A stretch of DNA of 64,000 nucleotides from Octopus sinensis (lineage: Eukaryota): assembly GCF_006345805.1 (NCBI RefSeq), contig NC_043005.1, positions 74,400,001 through 74,464,000 on the forward strand, given 5' to 3'. The notes under the pieces are model-generated. The model did not search any database and had not been told where the DNA came from. It saw only the letters and a list, made by a program, of their open reading frames with translations. Below are positions 37,317 to 50,478 of this stretch, piece after piece. Both the position numbers and the translations under genes were made by a program. How positions within the stretch are numbered: the stretch's first letter is position 1; every line of letters starts with the position of its first letter.

Positions 37317-39690
37317 CAGTGATTCCCAAGGTGGGGCGTACGCCCCACTGGTGGGGCCTGAGAAAATTCAGGTGGGGCGCGGGGCATAGACGTGGGCTGT
37401 GAAAATATTTGTACATGACGAGCGGTCATCGCGGGCACAACCTTAGATTCCGTCTTTCCTTTGAAGCCTCCACATCGGAAACTCTCGCACCCCAGCGAGA
37501 CAAAGAAGATCCCGCACTGAGCAATAAACTTACTATTCAGATAAGCCAATCAATTGCCTCAATTAGTTTGCCTCAATTAGTCTTTTGTTAGCCCTATTGA
37601 AAATGAGCAAACCAAACAAGAAGAAGACTCGTCAATACGCGGTGGAGTTTTTGAAGTTTGGATTCATTCCTGATGAGCATGATGAGCGTAAACCGTTTTG
37701 CTTATTATGTAATCAGACGATGAGCAATGAGTCAATGAAGGCAGGTAGGCTGGAAGCGCACTTAAAGGTAAGACATCCTAATAATTCTAATTTAGATTTG
37801 GAATACTTCAAATCATTGAAAGAAAAATTTAAAAACCGAACAAAACTCACTTCACTATTTCATGCAAAACAAGCGCATCATACTCGTGCCCTTGAAGCCA
37901 GCTACGAAATCTCCTTGCTTATAGCAAAACATGGAAAGAATCACACTATTGGAGAGCAACTGATTAAACCTGCTATCTCAATATTCTTAAAAACTGTATT
38001 ACAAAAAGATGATGGAGATATTAGGACTATGCCACTCAGTAATAACACTGTCTCGAACAGAATAGATGAAATGGGGCAAGATGTTGAAAGCCAGCTCATT
38101 GAGAAATTAAAATTGCGTAAGTTTTCATTACAAATGAACGAATCCACAATCCGGGACAGTGAGGCTCTGTTATTGACTTATGTGAGGTATATTGACCACG
38201 AGGAGTTTCAGGAAGAGATGCTGTTCTGCGAATCGTTTGAAACCACCACAACTGCAAATGATATTTACATCAAAATCAAACATTATTTGGATGCAAACAA
38301 AATACCAAAGGAAAACTTACTGGCATATGCGGCAGACGGTGCACCTGCCATGATGGGCAAGAATACGGGATGCTTAAAAATGATGAAGGATGAAAATCCA
38401 AACATGTTGACTGTCCATTGTGTAATACACCGAGAAAACTTGGTTGCCAAGAAATTGTCCCCTGTTCTTAACAAGATTCTTCAAAGTGTGATCAAGTGTG
38501 TCAACAGCATTAAAAGAAATTCTAAATCTGAACGTCTTTTTAAGCAGTTTTGTATAAATCAAAGTGCCGAACATGTTCGATTATTGCTTCATACAGAAGT
38601 AAGATGGATATCAAGTGGAAACTGCTTAAAGAGGTTCATGGAATTATTTGATCAGATTAACGACTTTCTTAGTGATAAATGTGAAATGAAATTGCTGTCA
38701 ACAACGGATGGAAAAGCATTTGTCAGTTATTTGACAGACATATTTGAGAAACTTGGAAACTTGAATAAACAACTTCAAGGTGCAAACATGACACTTATTG
38801 ATGCAAAAGCAAAGATTTTTGGATTTATTACAGCTCTCGAATTATGGAAAAAGAAATTTTCCAAAAGAAATTTCAGTGAACTTTACTGTTGAGTAAATGT
38901 GAAATAACGAATGATGCTGGCATTGTAATTATTGATCATTTAGATATCTTGATAAAGGATTTCAATGACAGATTTTGCGATTTAAAGGCAATGAATTTTC
39001 CTTCTTGGTTAACTCAACCGCTTCTGATTAACGTTTCTGATGCTACAATCCAATACCAAGAAGAGTTATCAGAATTACAACATGATGAATCAGTGAAGAC
39101 TTTGTTTAAATTGAAAGGTACAAAGATGTGGCTATATGACGAGGTTGAAAGAAAATATCCTAAAATTTCTACATCAGCGAGAGAGCTACTGATTCCTTTC
39201 CCTTCGTCTTATTTGGTCAAATGTGGTTTTAGTGCAGTTGATAATTTGCTCGAAGCCAAGAGAAACCGGCTTGAGATTACAAAACGTGGCGATTTACGAC
39301 TGAAATTAACAAAGTTGTCTCCTCAAATTAAAAACTTGTGCTGTATGCATCAGGCACAGGGTTCTCACTAAATTAGTCGAGCTGACCGTCAAATAATTGA
39401 ACTGAAAAAACGTGTTTCTTTATTCTTTATAAATTGACATTTTTTAAAAACATGAGAAATCGTAATAATTTTATCGATTTATTGGGTGTTATGCACTTTC
39501 AGTGCCTGTTGTTTCAATTCTCAAACTATTTTTTTGTATTTTGAATACAATTTTTTAATTTTTGATTTTTTTTCAATTGTAAGTAGGCCCACATGTACTT
39601 GTAAATGTGAGTGGACATGGGAAAAGGTGGGGCGTAAAAACTTTTGCTATGAAAAAGTGGGGCGCCGGGAAAAAAGGTTGGGAAACACTG
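37317..39690 (+). mobile_element. Full-length hAT transposon, Buster/Charlie group (2374 bp)
   Basis: TIRs CAGTGATTCCCAA and TTGGGAAACACTG; perfect 8-bp TSD TTCTAATT at 37309-37316 and 39691-39698. Confidence 0.95.
37603..39371 (+). pseudogene. hAT transposase (BED zinc finger, DDE domain, dimerisation domain), frameshifted near 38889
   Basis: PFCLLC...HLKVRH BED finger; FSLQMNEST, DGAPAM, CVIHRENL, EVRW and FPSSYLVKCGFS motifs; typical C-terminus RGDLRLKLTKLSPQIK...QAQGSH. Confidence 0.92.
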
Positions 39691-40559
39691 TTCTAATTGA
39701 TTGAAATAGCAAGCAATTTTTCTTAAAATCCTACCCTATAGCCTTAAGCAAAGGAAGAACACATTAAATAATGTATGCCTTGGTACACTATTCCTGAAAA
39801 CAAGACTGGTGGACATGGCCGGAATACATTTAATCATAGATCTGCTCCGTCAGGATCGACATGAAGAAAAATGAAAAGACGGCTGAAAAGCTTATGATCA
39901 TAGATTGGTATACTTATTTGTTTGTTTCAGTGATTGGACTGCGGTCATGTAGGGGCACGGCCATCAAGGCCCCAATAAAAAAAAATCTCGACCCCAGTAC
40001 GTATTTCAAATCAGATATATATTCTTTCGGACTTATTGACGAATTGATAAGTTACAGGGATCTAAACAAACGAACGCCGGTTCTCAAGTAATTTGGGAAA
40101 CAAAGGTTTACTTACCCCTACCCCTCGCGCACACACACACACGTACGATGGGTTTCTGTACAGTTTCTGCCTATAAAAGAAATCCCCTTACAAGGTGCTG
40201 GTCATCTCTGGGGTTATAGTAGAATACACTTACTCAACGTGCTGTGCAGTGGAACTGAACGCAAAACCACATAGGTGCAAAGGGAATTTCTTGATCACAC
40301 AGCTATACCTATAACTTAATTTTGGAATCTACTTTTTTCGGTGAAGAAAATATGAAAATTAGTATCCTGTATTTTCTATTCCTTTCTGCTCTTTAGAGGC
40401 GCAGTCGTGGTTGTGTGGTAAGAAGCTTGCTTCCCAACCACATGGTTCCAGGTTCAGTCCCATTGTGTGACATCTTGAGCAAGTGTCTTCTACTATAGCC
40501 TCAAGTCGACCAAAGCACTGTGAGTGGATTTGGTAGAGGGAAACTGAAAGAAGCTCGTC

Positions 40560-40598
<39 letters not shown>

Positions 40599-40626
40599 AA
40601 TATATGTATATATATATATGTATATA

Positions 40627-40670
<44 letters not shown>

Positions 40671-40999
40671 TGTGTGTATTTGTGTGTGTGTGTGTCTTTA
40701 TGTCTGTTTTGGTTCACCCACTACCGATTGACAACCGGTGCTGATATATTTACGTCCCCGTAACTGAGCGGTTCGGCAAAAGAGACGGATAGAATAAGTA
40801 CTTGGGTCGATACATTCGACTAAAAGTTCTTCCAGACGACGTCCCAACATGGCCGCTGTCTAATGAATGAAGCAAATAAAAGATATATTTCTTTTCCATG
40901 CTTTGTATTGTTATTTAGGATGCAATCATCCCTGATCGAACAGATCAATGATAAAATATCTGCCAGCCGTTATCGTATGTCTTTTAGGATCATGTAGTA

Positions 41000-41240
41000 A
41001 TTGATTACATTATGCAATGCGTGTATTTCGTCATGTAAGACAGCAGTGTGTGGTTCGAGAGATATTTGGTTATTTGAGACATATTCCTTGCACCAAGGGA
41101 GTTTGAACTGCAGACTGTTTCTACCTACAGCTGATACATGGGTATCAAGAAATTTGACACGAAACGACAAGCTGAAATTTAAACTAAATATTGACTTCTA
41201 CGAACAATTCAAGTACAGTCGACGCCCCTTACTGTAAGAA
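41000..41240 (-). mobile_element. Possible Penelope-like RT remnant
   Basis: Minus strand YLNCSxKSIFSLNFSLSFRVKFLDTHV...SLQFKL resembles the PLE RT C-terminal pattern YLN..H.SIKF......V.FLD..V. Confidence 0.35.
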
Positions 41241-41707
41241 AATAATGTTATCATATGCACTTCGTGACACTTGTGCTACCGAGAAGACCCGACGCGAAAA
41301 ACCAAGCAAAAATTAAACGAGACGTTGTGTTTCACTATTATGATTATTAGAGTTTTCTAGTTTTAACAGAGATATAGATATATTCCTTTTAGTTGTATAG
41401 CTTATGTGGCTTCTGTTTACAGAAGAAATAGGGAAATCCCAACACCAGCTTCAATGTTTAAATAAAAACGCATTGTTTAACGCAGAGAACAGCAACGCCT
41501 GTCTGACAGATCGAGCAATCGTAAAACGTGAAAATAACCAACCGAATGAGCCGAGTGAATATGATTATACTCTATATCAAGGATTGAGGGCGTTTTGTTC
41601 CGCTCCTATGAACATTGCACTTGTATATATATATAGATATATATATATATATATGGTTGTACGTATATGTATGCTTATCTGCATTAGTATATATGTGAAC
41701 ATGTGTG

Positions 41708-41755
<48 letters not shown>

Positions 41756-42568
41756 TGTGTGCATCTGTGGCTCAGAATCTAGTTCTGTTTTCTGCAAGAG
41801 GATAGAAATAACCACAATGGTAAAACATACGAAGTAAAGGATATAAATTGCATCTCGTGTTTAGTCTCATCATACATCTTCCAGTATACACACACACACA
41901 CATACATACATACATACATACATACATACATACACACAGTCATGTACATACCTATATATATATATATATATATAGGCGCAGGTGTGGCTGTGTAGTAAGA
42001 AGCCATCATCGAACGATGGCTCAGTTGGCCTAATCTTCGAAGTCACAATATATATATATAAATGTATATTCCATATATTCTTTTATTTTTTTATTCTTTT
42101 ACTTGTTTCAGTCAATTGACTGCAGCCATGCTGGAGCACCGCCTTCAGTCGAGCAAATCGATCCCAGCACTTATTCTTTGTAAGCCTAGTACTTATTCTA
42201 TCGGTCTCTTAGGCGAACCGCTACGTTACGAGGGCGTAAACACACCACCATCGTTTGTGAAGCGATGTTTGGGGGGGGGGGACAAACACACACACACACA
42301 AATACGACGAGCTTCTTTCCTTTTCCGTCTACCAAATCCACTCACAAGGCCTTGGTCGGCCCGGGGCTATAGTAGAAGAGACTTGCCCAAAATGCCACGC
42401 AGTGGGAATGAACCCGGAACCATGTGGTTGGTAAGCAAGCTATTTATGACACATCCCACTCCTGCGCCTTTCATATATGAAAGACGTACCTGATTTATAA
42501 TACATACATATATATATATATTATATATATATATATATATATAATATATATATATATATAATATATAT

Positions 42569-42613
<45 letters not shown>

Positions 42614-43190
42614 TATATATATAATATATATTATATATATATATACATATATATATATAATGCATACGTATATATGAGTGTGTGTGTGTGCGTGTGTGCG
42701 CGCAAGATTATTCTGTTTTCGGCAAGCTGTACATTCTTGATCGAGATTTTGAAATTCCGAAAAAGCTTCCGTTTTATTTCAACAACCATATCCTCATCAA
42801 CTTCATCATTTCATATACGTATGTATGCACGTGCATGTGTGTGTGCATGTATGTATGTATGTATGTTTGTATGTATGTATGTATGTATAATTTACAACCT
42901 GTTGCGAATAACGGGTTTTCCGTTGCTTCTATCCTATGGACTGCAGACTCTCTCTATTGGACATTTATGATTTGCACCTCATATATCTAAGGAATGTGGT
43001 TGTTTATGTTTATCGAGTAGCGGCCAAAACACACACACACACACAAACACAAACACACACACACACACACAAATACACGCGCACATGTACATACACGTAC
43101 ACACATATATGTTTGTAAGTATCTAAATGAACATGCGTAAGCATAAGAATAGGAATGTTTGTATGTGCATGAATGCACGAATGTATGTAC

Positions 43191-43247
<57 letters not shown>

Positions 43248-43397
43248 GGGGACGTGCGTGTGTGTATTTATGTGTCGGTGTTTGTGTGGGTGTTTAGAAT
43301 ATGAAATATTAGTTTTGTGGTTTTATTTATGTTGTTAATTTTAGTTTGTGAGCTTCCTGTCTATTGCAAAATAACTACCTGCGATTTCATTTCAAAT

Positions 43398-43445
<48 letters not shown>

Positions 43446-43609
43446 CATAATTTATAGACAAATAAATAAATGAAGACGTGAACTATTAAATGAAGAAAAC
43501 AGAAACTAGAAGTTGTAACCTCACCATTCACATATTTGGCACTTCTAAATTCTTGAACTTAGGATCTCTTGTTCGAAATCATCCCCCTAAATGTTCTTTT
43601 CTATTCTAG

Positions 43610-44200
43610 GCACAAGGCCCGAAATTCTGGGAGAGGAGGCCAGTTGATTATATCGACCCCAGTCCGTAACTCGTACTTAAATTATTGACCCCGAAAGGAT
43701 GAAAGGCAAAGTCAACCTCGGCGGAATTTGAACTCAGAAAGTAAAGACAAACGAAATACCTTTCGCCCGGCGGGCTAACGTTTCTTATTTCTTTACTGCC
43801 CACAAGGGGCTTCGCACAGAGGGGACAAACAAGGACAGACACACGGATTAAGTCGATTACATCGACCCCAGTACGCAACTGGTACTTAATTTATTGACCC
43901 CGAAAGGAAGAAAGGCAAAGTCGACCTCGGCGGAATTTGAACTCAGAACGTAGCGGCAAACGAAATACCTATTTCTGTACTACCGACAAGGGGCTAAACG
44001 CAGAGAAGACAAACAAGGACAGACAAACGGATTAAGTCGATTATATCGACCCCAGTGCGTAACTGGTACTTATTTAATCGACCCCGAAAGGATGAAAGGC
44101 AAAGTCGACCTCGGCGGAATTTGAACTCAGAACGTAGCGGCAAACGAAATACCGCTAAGCATTTCGCCCGGCGTGCTAACGATTCTGCCAGCTCGCCGCC
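43610..44200 (-). mobile_element. SINE B head-to-tail trimer
   Basis: One complete head at 44200, a second unit joined at GAAATAG|GTATTTCG, and a third with a partial head and a different tail. Confidence 0.8.
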
Positions 44201-44214
44201 TTCATCCTCCTAAA

Positions 44215-44640
44215 TGTTGCTGTTGCTGCTGCTGCTGTTTCTTCTGTTACTATTGCTATTTTTCATCTCCCAATTCAACCATAATCGACTAAACCTATGA
44301 TCAACTGCTTTCCGTTCCTCTCCACATAACACACTTAAGCCCTTTCGTTCCCCTTGTGCCATAAACCATCTTCGAATTTCCCCTAGAGTTTTCAACTGCT
44401 GCATTGCCTTTCCCGCTTCTCTCCAATTCTCTATCCCTACCTTTTCAACTCTGCCTCAATATCCGTTTCCAGTTACCTTTAGGGCGTCCTCTTTCCCATC
44501 TTTGTGGGTTCCAGATTAGGGCACTCTCTGAATGAAGGCTTTCTCCACGCATGTCTTGTTTGTTTTACAATGTGGTCGTAGCTTCTATAACTTTACTTTT
44601 TTCTCATGAGGTGGTATAGGTTCTACGCAAAACCATTTTT
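44215..44640 (-). mobile_element. RTE-type LINE 3' coding remnant
   Basis: Minus-strand ALIWNPQRWERGRPKGNWKR resembles the RTE/BovB C-terminal WNPxGKRxRGRP motif. Confidence 0.5.
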
Positions 44641-44782
44641 CTACTTGAGAAGAGTTCGTCCATAATTAAATCTCTCTTTTATCCTTTGACCTGTCCAGCA
44701 TGAGAGGCCCAAACAAGAACTTGCAAACTTGCACTCCACTGGTACAACTCTCAGGGTCATTAACGCCTACAAGCAACAAAGT

Positions 44783-45465
44783 CTGGACCTTGTGGTGGGC
44801 CATCCTCCTCCACACCAAATTATTTTCAGTTAGAATGTGTATGTAGCCCTAAATTATCTAATATTCCTTTTTTTTAAAAAAAAAAGATCAACGCTGATTA
44901 AAGGATACTTAGCTGTTGCTTTCAGCAGATCGAGTGATGTCTAGAAGCTTCCTTACTGGACCTTGTGGTGGGCCATCCTCCTCCACACCAAATTATTTTC
45001 AGTTAGAATGTGTATGTAACCCTAAATTACCTAATATTCCTCTTTTTAAAAAAAAAATCAACGCTGATTAAGGGATATTTAGCTGTTGCTTTCAGCAGGT
45101 CGTGTGATGTCTAGAAGCTCCCTTACTGGACCTTGTAGTGGGCCATCCTCCGCCACACCAAATTATTTTCAGTTAGAATGTGTATGTAGCCCTAAATTAT
45201 CTAATATTCCATTTTTTTTAAATCAACGCTGATTAAGGGATATTTAGCTGTTGCTTTCAGCAGATCGAGTGTTGTCTAGAAGCTCCCTTATTGGACCTTG
45301 TGGTGGGCCATCCTCCTCCACACCAAATTATTTTCAGTTAGAATGTGTATGTAGCCCTAAATTATCTAATATTCCTTTTTTTTAAAAAAAAAGGTCAACG
45401 CTGATTAAGGGATATTTAGCTGTTGCTTTCAGCAGATCGAGTGATGTCTAGAAACTCCCTTATTG
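44783..45465. repeat. Tandem array of four ~165-173-bp units
   Basis: Units start at 44783, 44956, 45126 and 45291 with (C/T)TGGACCTTGT(G/A)GTGGGCCATCC; length differences lie in the Tn/An tract. Confidence 0.95.
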
Positions 45466-45639
45466 GTGTTGTTATTATGGCTTTTGATGCTGTTTTGTTG
45501 CTTTTAACGTTATTATTTTGGCTGTCGCTTTATGTTTTTTTTTTTTTTGCTGTTGTTGCAGGTTAGTTCCTTATTAGTTCCGAACCAGTTGATTAAATCC
45601 CTTGAACAGCTGTGATCATCCAGATCGATATTTCCCAAA

Positions 45640-45990
45640 CTTAGGCCTCTCAGTAGAGACAGAAAGAACTAAAATTCATGGATCTCCTGAGAACTATACA
45701 ACAATCTTTCGAGGGTCTGAACGACCTGCACATGTCAATGCTCGTACATACATTATGAGGAAAGGTTAAAGTAGTGGAGGTAATGGGAGTGGAGCGAAAG
45801 TTGGTGACCATAGTTAGATGTCAAATACTGCAATATTTTGGCCACATTATCAGGTTTCAGTTTTTCTGTGCCCACATTTTCGGGGACTGGGTGGAAGGTA
45901 AATGGGCTCTCGAGTCACAAAAACAAAGGTGGGGCGATGGCACTAAGAACCAGACAAGAAGTTCCCTGTAGTACGAGACTGTAACGTATG
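45640..45990 (+). mobile_element. RTE-type LINE 3' coding remnant
   Basis: ILQYFGHIIR...VEGK...RWGDG resembles the RTE C-terminal L.YFGHI.R...EGKR.RGR..RW.D motif. Confidence 0.5.
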
Positions 45991-46671
45991 TAACGAGGAG
46001 CAACGATTGTTTCAGAAGCCTCCGAACATCATCCCCTGTCTTTATAAGAAGTATACACGTTCATTCATTCCTTATTTAATTAAACGACAATCTCATGCTC
46101 GATATTTGGGAATCAGAAAAAATCTGTCGACACACTGGTTGATACGTGGTATTGACATAAGATAAGCAAGAGGATACTTCATAGAACACTAGCAAAAGTA
46201 TAGACGCCATATAACCACAAATCCTGCAAGGCTTGCTGCAGGGTAGTAAAATTCAGCCTGGCTAACGTAAACTATACTTCATATTACTAAAAAAGGTTCT
46301 ATTATTATATGCTACAATAAAATAATTTCTCACATATGTTAACCATTACATGTACAACATCTTATTAAAATTCCAGTTTAACGTGTTAATGTAATCTAAT
46401 TCACTTTACATATCACAACAGTTCTACTCTACCGTGTAACAAGATTTGTAGTTATTTTGATTTCACTTGAACATCGCTTGGTCGTTGTTTCGCCCACACA
46501 GACTCATTTTTTATTTCAAAATATTGACATACAACAAATATTATACTTCAACAATACTTTTACAGTTCTACCACATGTCACACCCCCATTTAGATTTCTC
46601 ATAACAAATTCCACAACGTGTCAATACGATTTTAATAAACGAGACAGACGATTGCAGTCTCAACTTTCATG

Positions 46672-46980
46672 TGGAGGCACATGGCCTAGTGGTTAGAACA
46701 GCGGACTCCCGCTCGAGGGATCGCGGGTTCGAATCTCAGACCGGGCGATGTGTGTGTTTATGAGCGAAAACACCTAAGCTCCACGCGGCTCCTGTAGAAG
46801 GTAATGGCGAACTTCTGCTGACTCTTTCGCCACAACTTTCTCTCACTCTCTCCTCTGCATCTTGCAGCTTACCTGCGACGGACCGTCGTCCCGTCCAGGT
46901 GGGGAACCTATACGCCAAGAAACCAGGAAATCGGCCCTTATGAGCCAGGCATAGCTCGAGAAGGAACAAACAACAACAGT
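46672..46980 (+). mobile_element. SINE with family-D head and family-C-like tail
   Basis: Head matches 27816; tail CCGTCCAGGTGGGGAACCTATACGCC...AAACCAGGAAA matches family C; CAGTCTCAAC on both sides (46655-46664, 46977-46986). Confidence 0.75.
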
Positions 46981-46995
46981 CTCAACGCACTAGAC

Positions 46996-47247
46996 TACTG
47001 ATTCTCAAATGGGGTCCATATGACCTTTGGGAGTGTGTACGACCCTTGGAGGGGTTCATATAAAATTTTGTTCTTAAAATTTACGCGCAGTAAATTGGTT
47101 ACACTTCTACAATACATAAGACATATTAATATTTTTATACAATTTAAATAATAGGATCTTTAAGCATCGAATGGCCATGCAGGTCCATCCGAGTAAAAAA
47201 GGTGACAAAGGGGTCCAAAGGTTTTCTAAAATGGTCGAGAAGCACTG
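46996..47247. mobile_element. hAT-type MITE
   Basis: Right end TCGAGAAGCACTG, degenerate left end TACTGATTCTCAA; 8-bp TSD CACTAGAC and CACTAGAT. Confidence 0.7.
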
Positions 47248-47810
47248 CACTAGATGACCTAGAAGAAAACACAGTTGAATTCCCTCAAATCACATATTAA
47301 CGCTTAATAAAAGAAGGACTCTTTAAACAATGTAGTGCTGTATATACAAAAAGATGGAACAATCTTAAATAGCACGATTTTGATCATAAGTTTGCACAGT
47401 TCTAACATCAACAACAACAAAATCAACAACAGCAACAACAACAACAACAACAACTGTCTATTGCAATATATGTCAATAGATTTTTAAAAAAAATTTTCCT
47501 TAAGCATGTCAGTAAATAAGACGGAGCGGTCACAGATGAAACGTCTTTGATCATAAGTGTATTATTCCATCAAAGATTATCGGAGACTAAACAACAACAG
47601 CAATATTCAGTTGCATAATATATTACTAGACTTTCAAGAATGATACTTTGACTATGCTAACAAATGTAAGGTCGTAGCTAGAATGCCTTTGATAACACAG
47701 GCCTGCTCAAAGATTACTTGAGACTAAATAACAACAATATTTTATTGCACTATATGTTAATAGATTTTCAATATATATTAAAATTTCGTGTATATATATA
47801 TATGTGTGTG

Positions 47811-47843
<33 letters not shown>

Positions 47844-48015
47844 TGAGAGTGAGTGAGAGAGAGAGATGAAATTGAACCCGGAATCGTGCACTTGGGAAGT
47901 AAACTTTTTACTACACAACCAGGCCTGTGCCTAAAACCACATACACGCCCCCCCACACTCTCACGTATGTGTATATATATATATAGAGAGAGATTGATAA
48001 ATATATATATATATA

Positions 48016-48100
<85 letters not shown>

Positions 48101-48223
48101 TTCATTCATATTCATAAAGAATTTTTTCTTTAGATGTTTATTTATATATAAATGTGTGTGCGCGCGTGTCCATGTGTGTACGTGAGTGTGTACCTCTCTC
48201 TCTCTATATATATATATATATAT

Positions 48224-48255
<32 letters not shown>

Positions 48256-50478
48256 GCGCACACACACACAAATGCTTCCAACAACAGATTCCAGCAACTA
48301 ACTTCCATTAACAAGGTATTGGTTTGTCCCAGGTTAAAGAAGACCCTCGGTGCCGCGTTGTGTGATCGAACCCCGAACCGCGTGATTGCAAAACAAACAA
48401 CTTAACTGCAAGTCCATGCTTGCATCTTTACGTTTAACATCTGCTTACTGCTGTTTATATGTATGTTGGTGCAACTTAACTTCTGCAACTTTAGCATAGT
48501 TTATTTCTGCCACGTATTGTTGCTGCTCCTGCTGCTCCTGCTACTACAATTCTACAGAAGTTAACCTAGTTCAATTTATATTTGAAAGTATGGCATTGGT
48601 CTGTAGAATAATTATTCTATCTCGAAAATCGCAAATTGAAGAGTCAGCACTCTCGTTTCTAACGTTTGGGGGGAATTCTTAATATAAAGATAATTAATTT
48701 AACAGCACACAGTAATTAATTGGAGACATTAATGAGTGACATTCTTCAAAATTTGAAAATAAGAAACTAGCTACAACAGCTTCGAATGGATAGACAATCT
48801 TCAATGTGATCGGTGACCTACTAGAAATAGCAGCAAAATTTTTCTCGAATCACACACCCTACCGTCTCAAGGACAAGGACACATTATATGATATAATCCA
48901 AAATACATTATAGGCATACGGGTGGTTGTGTAGTTAAGAAGCTCTCTTCGGAACCACTTGGTTTTGGGTTCAGTTTCACTACGCGGTACCTTGCGCATTT
49001 GTCTTCTGCTATAACCTCAGGCGATATATACATAAGGAAGGCGCGTGGCCTAGTGGTTAGGGGTGTTGCACTCACGTTCGTGAGATCGTGGTTTCGATTC
49101 CCACACCCACTGTGTGTTGTACTCTTGAAAAGACACCTCATTTCATGGTGCCCCAGTCCATTCAGCTGTTAATGGGTGGCCCTGCGATGGACTAGCCTTC
49201 CGGTCAAGGGAAATATTGGCCTGTTCGTCTACCCAGCGGGGTGATATTATTCTAAAGATAAAATGATAGAAACCGCATTGGGACAAGCGATGTATAACAA
49301 CATCCGATAGTCTGGTCGATCACGTGATCACGGTTCCTGTTTGTGTTTGTACCCACCAAACGGAATTGGTTTATTTACGTCCTAGTAATTTAGCGGTTCG
49401 GCAAAAGCAGCCGATATAATAAATATCAAACTTTAAGACAATAAGTAGTAGGGTCGATTTGCACGACTAAACCCTTCAAGACGGTGTCCTCAGCATGGCC
49501 TCAGTCCAATGACTTGAAACAAGTAAAAGAAGGAAGATTATGTTTGAGTAAAAGATGGAATGGACATGACAAGCATTGTTTATGATAGATTTGTTCTGAG
49601 GCTCAGCAATAACAACAGCATCATCACCAAAAGTACTTTATCACAAACCAGAGGTATTTAGAAATGTTCTTGTATCAAGGATATTGTCCTGTTCATCATT
49701 ATAATCCACATATGTTTTTGAGGAGCTTCGATATTAATGAAAGAGATTATTATTTTGCTGAGCGTCCTTTCAGTTGACATTCAAGATAGTGTATGTTACA
49801 CTAAGGAGCCTCTTATTAAGATTGTTAAATACACTATTGCGGGAGCCCTGCAATGTAAAAAACCTGTTACAAATCTAGTACTAAGGTATATGTTGCCTTT
49901 TATCCTTTCCTTGTGTTATATTGGACAGAAGTGTCTACTGCACAGAACCCTCGTGAGAGAGAGATTGTGTTAGATGAAAGAAGACTACTTCCAGCGCATC
50001 CTACAAACGTGGCTGCCCAAGCAACATTTAAGAGTTCCATAAGATTTTTTAGAGAAAGAGAGAGAAAGGGACCTCATCAAATATTCATAGGTTACCTCTT
50101 GGTTTTCTGAGCTTCGGACCAATACCGTAGCGAAACCCCGCTTTTAAGGGGCCTGTCACTGTACGAATAACATCTAGCATTCTATTTCTTTTTTATCTGA
50201 CTTTATTTGACATAACATTCCAGTTCCACTTTCGCAGATTCTGGGTGTTCTGGGTTCAATGTCATTGTAGAACCATTGATATAACTACATAAGTACCTAA
50301 CGAATATTCACTAATGCTTCGCATAATGCATATTTCTAAAGGTAGGGAAACAGGAAAGAACATTTATGTCCTCATAATAATAATTTGAATCTTCGTAAGT
50401 CAACATGAAGCACATGAGAATACGCATAAGTAAGTCAGTAGTATACGGAATGATCAGTTTAGCGGGATGTGCATCCTA

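Noticed and set aside
40919-40980. Apparent AG...GTATGT exon encoding MQSSLIEQINDKISASRY
   Set aside because: The sequence resembles a dispersed repeat also present inverted near 39815-39860.
40970-41170. DEIH motif suggesting a helicase exon
   Set aside because: No Walker A or other helicase motif; the upstream part fits a Penelope RT remnant better.
44783-45465. CRISPR-like periodicity
   Set aside because: Whole units repeat with no unique spacers, there are no cas genes, and the context is eukaryotic.
49560-50160. Unique-looking region with short ORFs (49737-49973, 49913-50110)
   Set aside because: No recognisable motif, no clear splice signals, and the frames are inconsistent.
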